A stretch of 61,485 nt of DNA, filler included. It is 8 parts of 8 records of this genome, joined end to end, with 100 filler letters (N's around TTAATTAATTAA, not from the genome) between each part and the next. Parts side by side here need not be neighbours in the genome. Positions count along the whole stretch, not along the records: positions 18,948 to 27,242 come from SRR31156797_16767; positions 27,343 to 34,251 come from SRR31156797_16770; 6 more parts are not named here. One strand, given 5' to 3'. Below are positions 19,980-30,600 of the stretch, in pieces. Positions within the stretch are counted from its first letter, which is position 1, and each line of letters begins with the position of its first letter. Below the pieces are notes generated by a model. The model worked only from the letters and a program-made list of their open reading frames with translations, had not been told where the DNA came from and ran no database searches. The position numbers and the translations under genes were made by a program.

Positions 19980-21549
19980 AAAACCTGAAGACAAAAATGA
20001 AATAAATATTGATGAATATATAAATCAACAATGGGGAGAAGAAGGTGACAAAAAGCAAAATGAAAATAAAGAAGACAATGAAGAAATAACTGAACAACCT
20101 AAAATCAATGAAGCCTTATTGAGTGAAAATAAAAATAAAAAATATAAAGCTAAGACTGAGAAAGAACTACAGAAAGAAAAAGCTAAGAATTTTGCAAAAA
20201 TTGTAGCTTTTGTGTTTCTAATATTATTTATTGTTTTTGTAATTACACTTGTTGTTAGAACATTTTATAAACAAAATTCTATAGAAAATAGAAAACAATT
20301 TAAAGATGAGGAAAAAATTGTAGAGATAAATGAGAACCCATCTGATTATTGGAAAAAGAAAATGCAATTGAAATTTAAATTTATGGAAGAAGACCAAGAA
20401 AAATTTGAATCTGAAATTAAACAATCAATGCTTGATTTTGAAAACAATTCTGAACTAAGATTTAGTAAATTTCAAGACGTGTTGACTAATAGTATTAACA
20501 CTATTGGTGAAAACGTTAATAACCAAATAACAGCAGTTAATAATGCAATTAAACAAATTGAAAAAAACAATAATGAAAAAGAGTTACATACTAATAGCAC
20601 AATAGATGAAATTAAAAAAGAATTAAAAAAAGTTAAAGAAGAAAAAAACACTAAAGTAGAAGTACAACTTCCTCCAATGAAATCACTATCGAAACAGAAT
20701 TTATCTAACGAAAAGTTAATTCCAAAAACAGAAGTAGTTTATGAAGACATTAATATTATTGCTGATTCTGAAGAATTAAAAGCAAATGCAATAGACAAAA
20801 CTGAAAAAAAAGGAAATAAAACAGATATTACTGATGATGAGAATAATAAGATTAAAATTTTCTCAGGCTTTATTAAAGTTATAAATTTAACATCAATAAA
20901 AGGTCCTACAGGAACAAAAGCATCAAGTGAAACTCACCCTGTAAGGCTTCAAACTATAGGTGAACTTATCGGTGCAAATAATAAAAAAGTAAATCTGGAT
21001 GCTTGTTATATAAAATCAATTGCAAAAGGTGACATTACAACTTTAAGAAACCATTTAACTGTAAAAAAACTATATTGCAATGGGAAGGATAAAAAAGGTG
21101 ATTATATCATTCAAACTGATGTTAAAGGTCAGATTTATGATGAACTTGATGGAGGATTAGGTTTTCCAGGTGTTTTAGTGGATAGTGCAGGAAAAATATT
21201 AAGTAGAGAACTTTCATTAGCAGTAATTCAAGGAGCTGCACAAATGCTTGATAAAACTGAAAATGTAGTTTTCCCAGATATAGGTTCATTAACAGCAAAA
21301 AACACTTCTTTTGGTCAAGAATTTACTTCTGGTGCAGGAGCAGGTTTTAGCAAAGGACTTGATGGAATGACTAAATATTATAGAGACATTCTTAAAGATT
21401 ATTATCCATTCATAGACTCAAAAGCTGCAAGAGTAGGACAAGCATTTATTGAAGTTGAAGGTGAATGGAATAAAGAATATTACGACTCTTCATTTACCCT
21501 TGATGGAAGAGGAAGTGATGTAAGTAATTGGGAATCAATTATAAATTAA
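19972..21549 (+). CDS. traB: TraB/VirB10-family conjugation protein
   Basis: TM anchor, coiled coil, then TraB-type C-domain (LDACYIKSIAKGD...LYC...DGGLGFPGVLVDSAG). Confidence 0.8.
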   Translation: MDKKPEDKNEINIDEYINQQWGEEGDKKQNENKEDNEEITEQPKINEALLSENKNKKYKAKTEKELQKEKAKNFAKIVAFVFLILFIVFVITLVVRTFYKQNSIENRKQFKDEEKIVEINENPSDYWKKKMQLKFKFMEEDQEKFESEIKQSMLDFENNSELRFSKFQDVLTNSINTIGENVNNQITAVNNAIKQIEKNNNEKELHTNSTIDEIKKELKKVKEEKNTKVEVQLPPMKSLSKQNLSNEKLIPKTEVVYEDINIIADSEELKANAIDKTEKKGNKTDITDDENNKIKIFSGFIKVINLTSIKGPTGTKASSETHPVRLQTIGELIGANNKKVNLDACYIKSIAKGDITTLRNHLTVKKLYCNGKDKKGDYIIQTDVKGQIYDELDGGLGFPGVLVDSAGKILSRELSLAVIQGAAQMLDKTENVVFPDIGSLTAKNTSFGQEFTSGAGAGFSKGLDGMTKYYRDILKDYYPFIDSKAARVGQAFIEVEGEWNKEYYDSSFTLDGRGSDVSNWESIIN

Positions 21550-21629
21550 TTAGGAGTAGATAATGATAAGTATTAGATCTCCAGTTATTTAAATTTCTAA
21601 ACAAAACAAATTTAAACTAAAGGAAAAAA

Positions 21630-21929
21630 ATGAAAAAAACAATGTTTTTAAAAATATTACTATTAATGTTTTTAAGTATTACCTCTGCATATGCAGCTGT
21701 TCCTGATTTTTTAGTAACTATGAAAGGTGTTTTTTCGGACATGGCTACTGAAGTAATTATAGGAATTATGATTCTTGCAATATGGATTATTGCAGGATTT
21801 GCAACTTTTTTCAAAGGTTCTGGCTATCCTTTGAAATGGGTAGTAATAGCAACTGTAATTATATTAGCAGCACCTTTTATTGCAGGAGACACTGCAGTAA
21901 ACTGGGCACAAACCACATTTGGAACATAA
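21630..21929 (+). CDS. Conjugative propilin (TraA/VirB2-like)
   Basis: 99 aa, signal peptide ending AYA, two hydrophobic helices, directly upstream of the TraL-like gene. Confidence 0.7.
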   Translation: MKKTMFLKILLLMFLSITSAYAAVPDFLVTMKGVFSDMATEVIIGIMILAIWIIAGFATFFKGSGYPLKWVVIATVIILAAPFIAGDTAVNWAQTTFGT

Positions 21930-21933
21930 AAAA

Positions 21934-21959
21934 TAAAAGAAACCTTTTGGTTTCTTTTA
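21934..21959 (+). terminator. Hairpin after the pilin gene (attenuator or mRNA stabiliser)
   Basis: TAAAAGAAACC-TTTT-GGTTTCTTTTA perfect stem. Confidence 0.55.
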
Positions 21960-21972
21960 AAGGGAGATAATA

Positions 21973-22287
21973 ATGGCATTTTGTAGATTTGTAAATAGAC
22001 CTAAACTATTTTTTAAATTTGAAGCAGACGTACTTATTTATTCAATAGTTACAGGTTTAGTACCTATAGTAATAGGAATATTTTCTACTCATCTTTTAGT
22101 AGGAATAATAATTGGGTTCATAACTGGTTATCTTTGTTTAAAGAACTATCCTAAATTAATTAAAAATAGAACTCCAGGCATTATGTTACATTTTTTTTAT
22201 GATATTGGACTTTATAATCCTAATAAAAAAAAGATTGAAAAAAATAATCTTATTCCTCCGGGATTCATTAATGAATTCTATGAATAA
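21973..22287 (+). CDS. traL: TraL-like protein
   Basis: 104 aa; RFVNRP.LFF.FEAD, TM pair, PG..LHFFY..G. Confidence 0.75.
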   Translation: MAFCRFVNRPKLFFKFEADVLIYSIVTGLVPIVIGIFSTHLLVGIIIGFITGYLCLKNYPKLIKNRTPGIMLHFFYDIGLYNPNKKKIEKNNLIPPGFINEFYE

Positions 22288-22301
22288 AAAAAGGAGAACT
22301 T

Positions 22302-22964
22302 TTGGAAAATAACAATTATGGAAGTGATGAAAAGAAAATAATTGAACGTCTTATTGAAAAAGTAAATTCTCAGACAATTATAATAATTTTTCTTTCAATG
22401 GTAATTGCGATACTTGCAATTGCTTTTGTAAGTATTGAAACGAGAGTCAACATTGAGTGGCCTCCAAAATATATTAGCAACAATACTCAAGAAATTCATT
22501 ATGATATTTCAAATGATTCTGCTAGTGAAGAATACTATAAGATGTGGGGATATTACTATATTACTGAAACTGCTACTTTTAAATCAAAAGAAATAAGAAA
22601 GAAAATAGCATTAATTAAAAGAGCATATGATCCTGAAAGATTAAAAAAACAAAGAATAGAGATTGATGAAAAGACTGGTAAGGAATTTAAAACTACTGAT
22701 AATAAAGAACTTGATGAATTTTCAAAGAATATTAGAAAAGAGAAAGTATCTCAAACATTCATTCCTACTAAAGTAAACAAGCCCGAAGTTCTTTATGATA
22801 ATTCTGAAGCTTCATTAAAAATTGATGGTTTAGCTACCCAAATTTTTGAAAAAATGCCTACTGATCCAATTACACAAGATAAACCTTGTTATTACGAAAT
22901 AAAATTAAACAGAAATGGAGGTAATACTTATGTCAATGCTTACAAAACTAATTGCTTTGATTAA
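22302..22964 (+). CDS. traE: TraE-like protein
   Basis: TTG start after AAGGAG; TM, then WPP, ASEEYYKMWG, VSQTFIP; follows traL. Confidence 0.7.
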   Translation: MENNNYGSDEKKIIERLIEKVNSQTIIIIFLSMVIAILAIAFVSIETRVNIEWPPKYISNNTQEIHYDISNDSASEEYYKMWGYYYITETATFKSKEIRKKIALIKRAYDPERLKKQRIEIDEKTGKEFKTTDNKELDEFSKNIRKEKVSQTFIPTKVNKPEVLYDNSEASLKIDGLATQIFEKMPTDPITQDKPCYYEIKLNRNGGNTYVNAYKTNCFD

Positions 22965-23808
22965 TATTGTTGCAGTTTTTTCTTTTGCTTCTGTTAATAA
23001 GCAAACCATATTTGATATAAAAGACTCAAATATCTTAAATGATGAAATTGCACTTAGTAAATATACTATTATTGAACTACCTTTTAAAGTAGAAAAGAAA
23101 AATTTGAGAGTAATAATGAAAAAGAAAATAGAAAAAAACAATTCTTTTACAAAAAAGCTTTCAACACTAAACAATAGTTTAAGCAACAACAAAAATCTTC
23201 AAGATAAAAATCTTTTATCTGATAAAAAACCACCTTTACCAGATGTTTCAGGTAAAACAATTGATACCTCAAACAAAAACAATCTAACTAAAACAAATAA
23301 AATAAAAATATTTAAGAATTACATTGAGATTTTTCCAAAAGAATTAGGAACTATAGAGATAATTGTTTTTGGTGGTTCTAAACCTGTTATTTTAACATTA
23401 AAGGTTAAGAAAAATATTGATATTAAATACTTCCTATTTGAAGATTCTTCTCTAACTAAAAAAGCAGATGCTATAGATTTTAATTTAAATTCAAATAAAA
23501 AAGCACTTTATCTTAATTATTTTAGATTCCTATATACAAATAAAGATATTCCAAATTTTGAAAAGTTAAAACTAAATGAAGTTAAAAATTTATTTGATGG
23601 TAAAGTTAAAAGTATCTTATCAAAAGCTTATAAAAATGACAAGTATATTATAAAAGAATACTCTGTTACAAACAATCTACCATTAAATTATTATATCGAA
23701 GAAGATTACTTTAAAAATGAAAATACAAAAGCAATAAGCTTTGTAAGTCAAGATAATTTTATTTATCAAGGAGAAACTATTAAGTACTTTATGATTGATG
23801 AACTTTAG
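22930..23808 (+). CDS. Secreted protein, TraK-like by position
   Basis: GGAGG RBS, signal peptide ending SFA; follows traE; family motif weak. Confidence 0.5.
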   Translation: MSMLTKLIALINIVAVFSFASVNKQTIFDIKDSNILNDEIALSKYTIIELPFKVEKKNLRVIMKKKIEKNNSFTKKLSTLNNSLSNNKNLQDKNLLSDKKPPLPDVSGKTIDTSNKNNLTKTNKIKIFKNYIEIFPKELGTIEIIVFGGSKPVILTLKVKKNIDIKYFLFEDSSLTKKADAIDFNLNSNKKALYLNYFRFLYTNKDIPNFEKLKLNEVKNLFDGKVKSILSKAYKNDKYIIKEYSVTNNLPLNYYIEEDYFKNENTKAISFVSQDNFIYQGETIKYFMIDEL

Positions 23809-23826
23809 AAAGATTTCTTTCTAAAG
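23803..23826. repeat. Perfect 11-bp inverted repeat between the traK-like and traG-like genes
   Basis: CTTTAGAAAGA-TT-TCTTTCTAAAG. Confidence 0.7.
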
Positions 23827-23886
23827 TTGATAATCAATTTTATACAAACTATAAGATTGATTATCAACTTAAATTTAGGAAAAAAA

Positions 23887-26800
23887 ATGAATGAATTTTC
23901 TATATATGTACTAGGTGATGCAGATAGTTATTTCTATGTATTTAATGCAATTGGAATATTTATAAAGTCTAATTATATTGAATTTGCAGTTGCTATGGCT
24001 ATAATGATTGCTACTATAAGATCAGGACTAGCTTTTTCTAAAGCTGATCCCCATACAGGTACTTATTCAATAATATTTATGATAACATTATTTTCAGCTG
24101 CACTATACCCTACTACAACTGCTCATATTATAGATGTAAGGCAACAAGGACAAAATAAAACCTATACAAAAATAGATAATATGCCTTTTGCACTTGTATT
24201 TCTTGCAAGTACTGCATCATCAGTTACTATACCTGTTACTGAATTGGTTGAAGTTGCTTTTAGCAATACTGAAAACAGTACTACAAAAGTTGGTCTAGGT
24301 AAACAGCCTGAAATGATTAGTAACTTCATGAAAGTTTCAAATTTCATTAATCAAGAAAGTGCTAATTATCCACTATCTTTTTTTAAAAATGCATTTAAAA
24401 TTTATACAAAAGAATGTGCAATGTCAACATCACATATTCCAGATGTTGGGCTTGATTATTTCATAAAACCAAGTCAAGATATTATTGATCATATTAACCC
24501 AATTACTCTAGGTATTCCAAGTTCTGCATACACAAATACTACTTTTAGTGATGGAACAGTTACAATACAAAAATGTAACGATTTATACAATTACATTGTA
24601 GATAAAAGAGCTTCAATTGAAAATTTAATAGAGAAGAAATTTAGTGAAATTAATAGTGATATAGACTATGAAACTCATAAAGAAGAAATTGCAAAAGGTT
24701 TATATGAAGCAGGTATTAGAGTAAATAATATAGCATCTTCATTATTGTCTTACACTGAGAACCTTAAAATTAGTATGCTTAACTATGCACTTTCACAAAC
24801 ATTAGAAGAAACTATTACTGATTATAAATATGACCTTCCAGGAATAAGTGGAGATTTAATTGATTACTCAGTTAATAAGAGTAGTTACCAAATGCAAATT
24901 GATGGTTTAGGCTCTTGGGCTTGGACTAATAAAATGGCTCCTTTAGTAATTCATTATATGTTGATTTTTTCTTATGCTCTATTTTTATTTGTAATACCAG
25001 TTGCAATGGGAATGGGTTATGAAAACTCTAAAAAAATAATTATCAATTATGCAATGGGAATAATTGCAATTCACTTAGGTTATATATCAAGTACAGTTGC
25101 TAATTCAATAGCTATTTATTATATGGAGAAAAGTGCTACTGAGCTTGTTTTTGAACTTGGAAATAACTTAATGGCAATGAACTCTATTCCTGCTTTTAAT
25201 GCTTATGCAAGTGAAATGGCAGCTATCTCTGGAATTCTATTAATATCTTCATACACTCTAGGAACAGGTATTATTTTAAAAGGTGAAACTGCTGCAATGC
25301 AAGGTATTATGAACACAATTGGTGGTAGATTTAAAAATGATATGTTAAATGCATCACAAGATATGTCAATGAAAAATGCTTATGATAAAGTAGAAGAAAA
25401 AGGAATAACAGATGCAAGAAGATTCCTTGGTCAAAATGGATTTAAAGCACCAATTGGAGTAGATGAAGTTGCATATGCCAATGAAATAAAAAGAGGACTA
25501 GAAACTATGGGTGGAGGCTATGGTTTTGCAAGTGCTTCACAAGGAAGTTCATCTTTTGAGTCTGATTATATGTCAGGTGTTGCGAATAAAAGTGCATCTG
25601 CAGCAGTAGGAACTGCAACTGTAGGTTCAAGGGTTTCCACTACTGAAGCAATTGATAGTGGTATAGCAACAGGTAATTTAGAAGCAGGTAAAATGTCTGG
25701 TTTAGCAAGTTCTTTAAAACAAATTGGTGGTGATGCCCTTTTTGATGCATCAAGAACTGGAACAATTGCTCAAAATAAAGATCAAGTTGCTAATGCTAGT
25801 GCTTTATCAAGTAAATTTGGTAAAGACTTAGATGGTACTTCAAATGGGTTATCATATGATGAAATGGCAAGTGCTGAAAGTAATAGTAAATTAGCAGGAA
25901 GAGTTGGTGGAGCCAAAGGTTATTTAAATCTTGGAAAAGATGCTTTTGATAAAACTGCTGAAAATGCTGAATACATGGCAGAAAGTAAAGCTAAAAGTAC
26001 ACAAGCAACAATTTCTGGAAAAGGTGGATTAAGAAATGCAGTAGCATTGGATGAAACTGGTGCAGAAATTAAAGCAGGGGCTGATAAAGGTTCAATTGAA
26101 CAAAAAGCTCAAATGTTAGAAGAAGCAATGGGTAAAGGTGTTGCAAAAGGAGCTAAGTCTTTAGCTGAAGCAATGGCTTCTATTGCAGGTGTATCTAGTG
26201 CAACACAATTTGGTAAAGAAATAGGTTTTGCAAATAAATTAACAAGTGAAAATGCACAAAGCCTTTATAACCAATTACTAGATACAAAAGATGCAAATGG
26301 TAATAACTTATTTAATAAGTCTGATTTAGCAGATATGTACAATAGTAAAGGTGATTTAAAAAGTGGAGCAGAATTAGCATCTTGGATTTCAGGAAAACAA
26401 GCAGGACATTTAAGTGGGATGCATGGACTTGCAATTGGAGATAAAACTGTAGGACTTGCTCTTGGAGAACATGATGTAAGAGTAGCTTCAACAGATGCCT
26501 CTACAAAAGTAGATACTTCATCTACTAAAAAATCAGGAACTAGTTCTTCTATTGATAACTCAGAAAGCTATAAGGAAGGCTTATTTGGTCAATTTGGTTC
26601 TGCAGGAGCACTTGCAATGGAATTAGCAGGAGGTAATAAAGATTTAGCAACCAAAATAATGCAAGATGGAGAAATGGCAAATTTTTTAGCTAGTAAACAA
26701 GGTGTATTAATGGGAACAAGTGGTGCATTAAATAGATTAAGACATGAATTTAATGAAAAATTTGGAACTGATTTTGGTGAAGAGCACTCAGCAATGGGAA

Positions 26801-27242
26801 CTATAATGGATGCTGCTGCAATAGGAGGTACTTTTTATGCAGGAAGAAAATTAACTCAACCTTTTTTAGGAGGGAAAACAAAATTAGATAATGCTCCTAA
26901 TACAAATAATGCAACAAGTATTCCAACTGATAATATTAATCCTGAATCCACGAATGACTCCTTAAGAAATTATGGTAATGCCGAAGCACATAATGAAAGT
27001 ATAACAAAAAATAATATTGATGGCAATAGCGGTGGAAAAAATTCTCTAATGGGTAAAGGTGGTTTATATGGATTTACAGCAGCAATTGGTCATCAATTGG
27101 CTATGAATAATGGCGATTTTGGAGCAACAATGACAGCTATAGGTCAAGAAGTAGGTTCAACTTGGAATCAGTTTAAAAACGATGTTAGTAGTCATGGTAT
27201 TTTTCAGGCAACAGGTAATCAAATTGGTGATGCAATAATAGG
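23887..27242 (+). CDS. traG: TraG-like mating-pair stabilisation protein; 3'-truncated, over 1100 aa
   Basis: TraG_N start (IYVLGD...FNAIG, KIDNMPFAL), multi-TM middle, long Gly/Ala/Ser-rich tail. Confidence 0.8.
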
Positions 27243-27342
27243 NNNNNNNNNNNNNNNNNNNNNNNNNNNNNNNNNNNNNNNNNNNNTTAATTAATTAANN
27301 NNNNNNNNNNNNNNNNNNNNNNNNNNNNNNNNNNNNNNNNNN
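27243..27342. other. Artificial contig linker
   Basis: 44 N + TTAATTAATTAA + 44 N. Confidence 0.98.
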
Positions 27343-27343
27343 T

Positions 27344-27625
27344 CATGGATTTGCCGGACAAGAAGCTATTGCGCTAAAATCTACTACTGGTTGGGATGAA
27401 GATGGAAATGGGACAGATGATTTTGGCTTTAATTGGCTGCCTTCTGGCATGATAGATTTTAATGATGGTGGTCCAATTCAATTTGAAAGATATAGCTGGA
27501 TTTGGTCTAGTGTTAGAGTTAGAGCTGATTACGTTGCAATTTGGGCAGGATATCAATCTGACTTGGTTAATATTAGTGACAACCAAAATAAATTAGGAGC
27601 TTCTGTAAGATGTCTCAAAGATTAA
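27344..27625 (+). CDS. 3' end of a FISUMP (Fibrobacter major paralogous domain) protein
   Basis: Hand translation ALKSTTGW...NGTDDFGFNWLPSG...WSS...GASVRCLKD*. Confidence 0.85.
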   Translation, partial: HGFAGQEAIALKSTTGWDEDGNGTDDFGFNWLPSGMIDFNDGGPIQFERYSWIWSSVRVRADYVAIWAGYQSDLVNISDNQNKLGASVRCLKD

Positions 27626-27642
27626 AAAATATAAAACAAGTC

Positions 27643-30600
27643 ATGAAGCTTATATTATTTATTCTTTTTTCATTTATTCTTTTTTCAACATTTGGTCAAA
27701 CAATTACCGTTAAAGAGTATAATCAGAATGGAGATCCTATTCCAATTACTAACTCCCAAAGAGACGTTGTTCTTGGTGAAACAATATCCTTAGAAATTTC
27801 AATTCTTGAATCGGCAATAGATGACTTCAGTAATACCCCATATGATGTCGGAGGAACGGATATTCACAGAGGTTTAGAAATAAAATCCCCTCCAAATGAA
27901 CCAATTTTTGAAATTATTGAAACATATAATGAAACCTCATTTGAAGTTATTTATTTATTAGGTAAAGACATCGATGGAATAAATAGTACTTTGATTGATG
28001 ATGACAGCGGTGCAGATTATTACAGAGCTTTTAGTACATTTGTTTCCGATTCCCAAGACCATATCGACTCTATCACTTTTAAATACGTCCACATCGCAAT
28101 CCCCTGTGATTTGGCACCGGGGAGTTATGAAATTACCTTGAATGAAATTGATGATTTTGTTGGTAATGCTTCATTTACAGAAGATACCATCCTCACCCTC
28201 ACCTACACAGAACCGGAAGTTTCAATTGATATTCCTGAACCTGAAATTCGAGATGCTTGCTATAGTAATACTGTTAATTTGGATGTAATAATTGAAGAAG
28301 GAGGCTCTGATTGTGCGCAGTATACACTTTTTGTGAACAATCAAAATGAGGGACAATTTAATGATACCATCAATTATGCATTTTCTTATGGCGATTGGGT
28401 AAAGGTTCAAATATTAGGTGGGCAAGAATTTTCGGATTCAATTCAAATTGATGGAGATTATTTTATGCCTTTGGAGTTAAACTCTAAGACACACACTAAT
28501 AATACTGTTTTATGTCCCAATGAAAAAGTTTCTTTCGACATTGGTGTTGGTTTATGTACACCAAACTCAATAACACTATATAAAGAAGGAACACCTGATG
28601 TGATTATTGGGAATCCCGAAAATGCATCGTTTGATTTTTCTTTTGAAGAAGCTTGTACAGTTTATGCAAAACTAGTCTATTCTGTGAGTGGCGATGATGT
28701 TGAGGTTCAAACTTCAACTTTTACTATTTCTGAAATATTAGGTGCAGGTCTTGAATATGATTTCCTTGATACGTATGCTTTTCCCGTTGTCGATAGTGGA
28801 GTAAACTTAATGAATTTGGAATATAATGAAACAGCTCCATATGTATTGCCATTCGAGAATAGGGAAGTAGGAACCGTACCATTGAAGCTGGGAAAAGATA
28901 GTGCCAGTAACTATAAAGTTTATCGTCAACCATCTGTGAGCGAATACCTGTTTTATCGATTCGATATTCCATATGATAGTTATCCGGCAAATACTATTTC
29001 TGATTCCATAGAGTTTTATAAGGCCGGAATAGAAAAAGGAGATGGTATACCAAATATAGTAACATTGTATTATGGGAAATATTACGAAACTCAGGGAAAA
29101 TATTGTTATGATTCTACAAGTACTGCAGTTTATGTAATACGCGATGATGTATTTATCCCACAATCAGCTTTTTGTTCAAACGATGATGAGGAATACACAA
29201 TAGAAATAAATACTGATTTAACAAACTATCAAAACACATTATTTTTAGAAGATACTACAGTCTATTCAGATGTTACTTATGCTGGTTATAATATTCTTGT
29301 TAGCGGGAGTTATGATGAAACTCATGTGATAAATGCAGATAATTCTGGTCATGTTATCAATTTAATTCCAAGCTTATGGGATACTATTGGAAGTGAGTTT
29401 GAGATAGTAGCCAAAGCAAAGATTGAATTGATTCAAGTAACAAGCTCAGATTGTCCACAACAATGGTACAAATACGGAAGTTATAATGAAGGGCAAAAGG
29501 TTTATTACAATGGACGTGTATATAAGGCATTGCAATATATTAGTGGGTCAGGTTTAATAATTCACCCACATGACCCAGTTGAGATTCAATCGAATGATAA
29601 TGAGGTTAGGGCTCCTGTACCTATTGGAGATCCTATTGTAATTTATATTACACCGGGAGTTCATACTGAATATTGGGAGGATGTAGGTACATGTAATTTA
29701 GGTGCAACGACTTCGATGTTTGTAGAGGCAGGATATGCTAATAATACATTTGATATTATAAATCCTGCAAAAGATGGAAAATTTTTAGATTTTCAGATCA
29801 ATTATTGTAGGTCGAATAAAGAAATCGAATTGGAAAGTAATTATACCATTTTAGATATTGTTGGAGGAGGGGGTGCTATTACTGAAGATGATGAGGGCGT
29901 TTGGAAGTTTATTCCTGAAAAGATGTTGCCAGTAGGTGATATAGCTACATCTAGCGAGATAACTCTTTATTATGAAGATTTATATGGCTGCGCGGAGGAC
30001 ACAACGTATACTGTAAATGTTAATGAAAACTACAAAGTGAAACGCAATGTACAGTTATCATTAGATAATATTTACTGTAAAACTGATCGCGTTTTTAACT
30101 TAACTTGTAATTACGGGATTGATTCAATTTATGGACCGGGAGTAGGTGATACCGTAATTCCTTTTGTTTTTACTCCCGACTCCGCTATTGATGAATCTAT
30201 TGATTCTGCAGATATCAATATTTATTTCGAATATCGAGATAATAACCAATGTTGGAATGATACAACTTTTAATATTACAATTGATAAAGAATATAATGTA
30301 AGAAAAGATGCGGAGCTTAATCTTGATAATTTGTATTGTCCGGTAAATGATTCTATTAAAGTGGAATCAAATTATTCTATTATTTCACTTTCCGGAGAAG
30401 GCTTAATTGAAGAAGACGATATTTATACATTCAATCCATTTTTAGCATTGTCCGACCTTGATTCGTTAATGGTAAATATGGAACTTGAATATCGTGACAA
30501 GGGTCGATGCTTGTATAATAAAACATTTAATATTGAGGTAAATCGAAATAAGTTAGTTGATCAGTCTGGGTTTATCGAAAACTTGTGGGATGAGTATTGT

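Larger units (their letters stand above)
18948..27242 (+). mobile_element. Fragment of a conjugative plasmid or ICE with an F-type (MPF-F) T4SS, very AT-rich host
   Basis: Co-oriented TraB-, pilin-, TraL-, TraE-, TraK- and TraG-like genes; element boundaries not in view. Confidence 0.8.

Noticed and set aside
27344-27625. FISUMP C-terminus as a diversity-generating retroelement target
   Set aside because: I saw no template repeat or reverse transcriptase in the contig; cannot be excluded for the missing upstream DNA.
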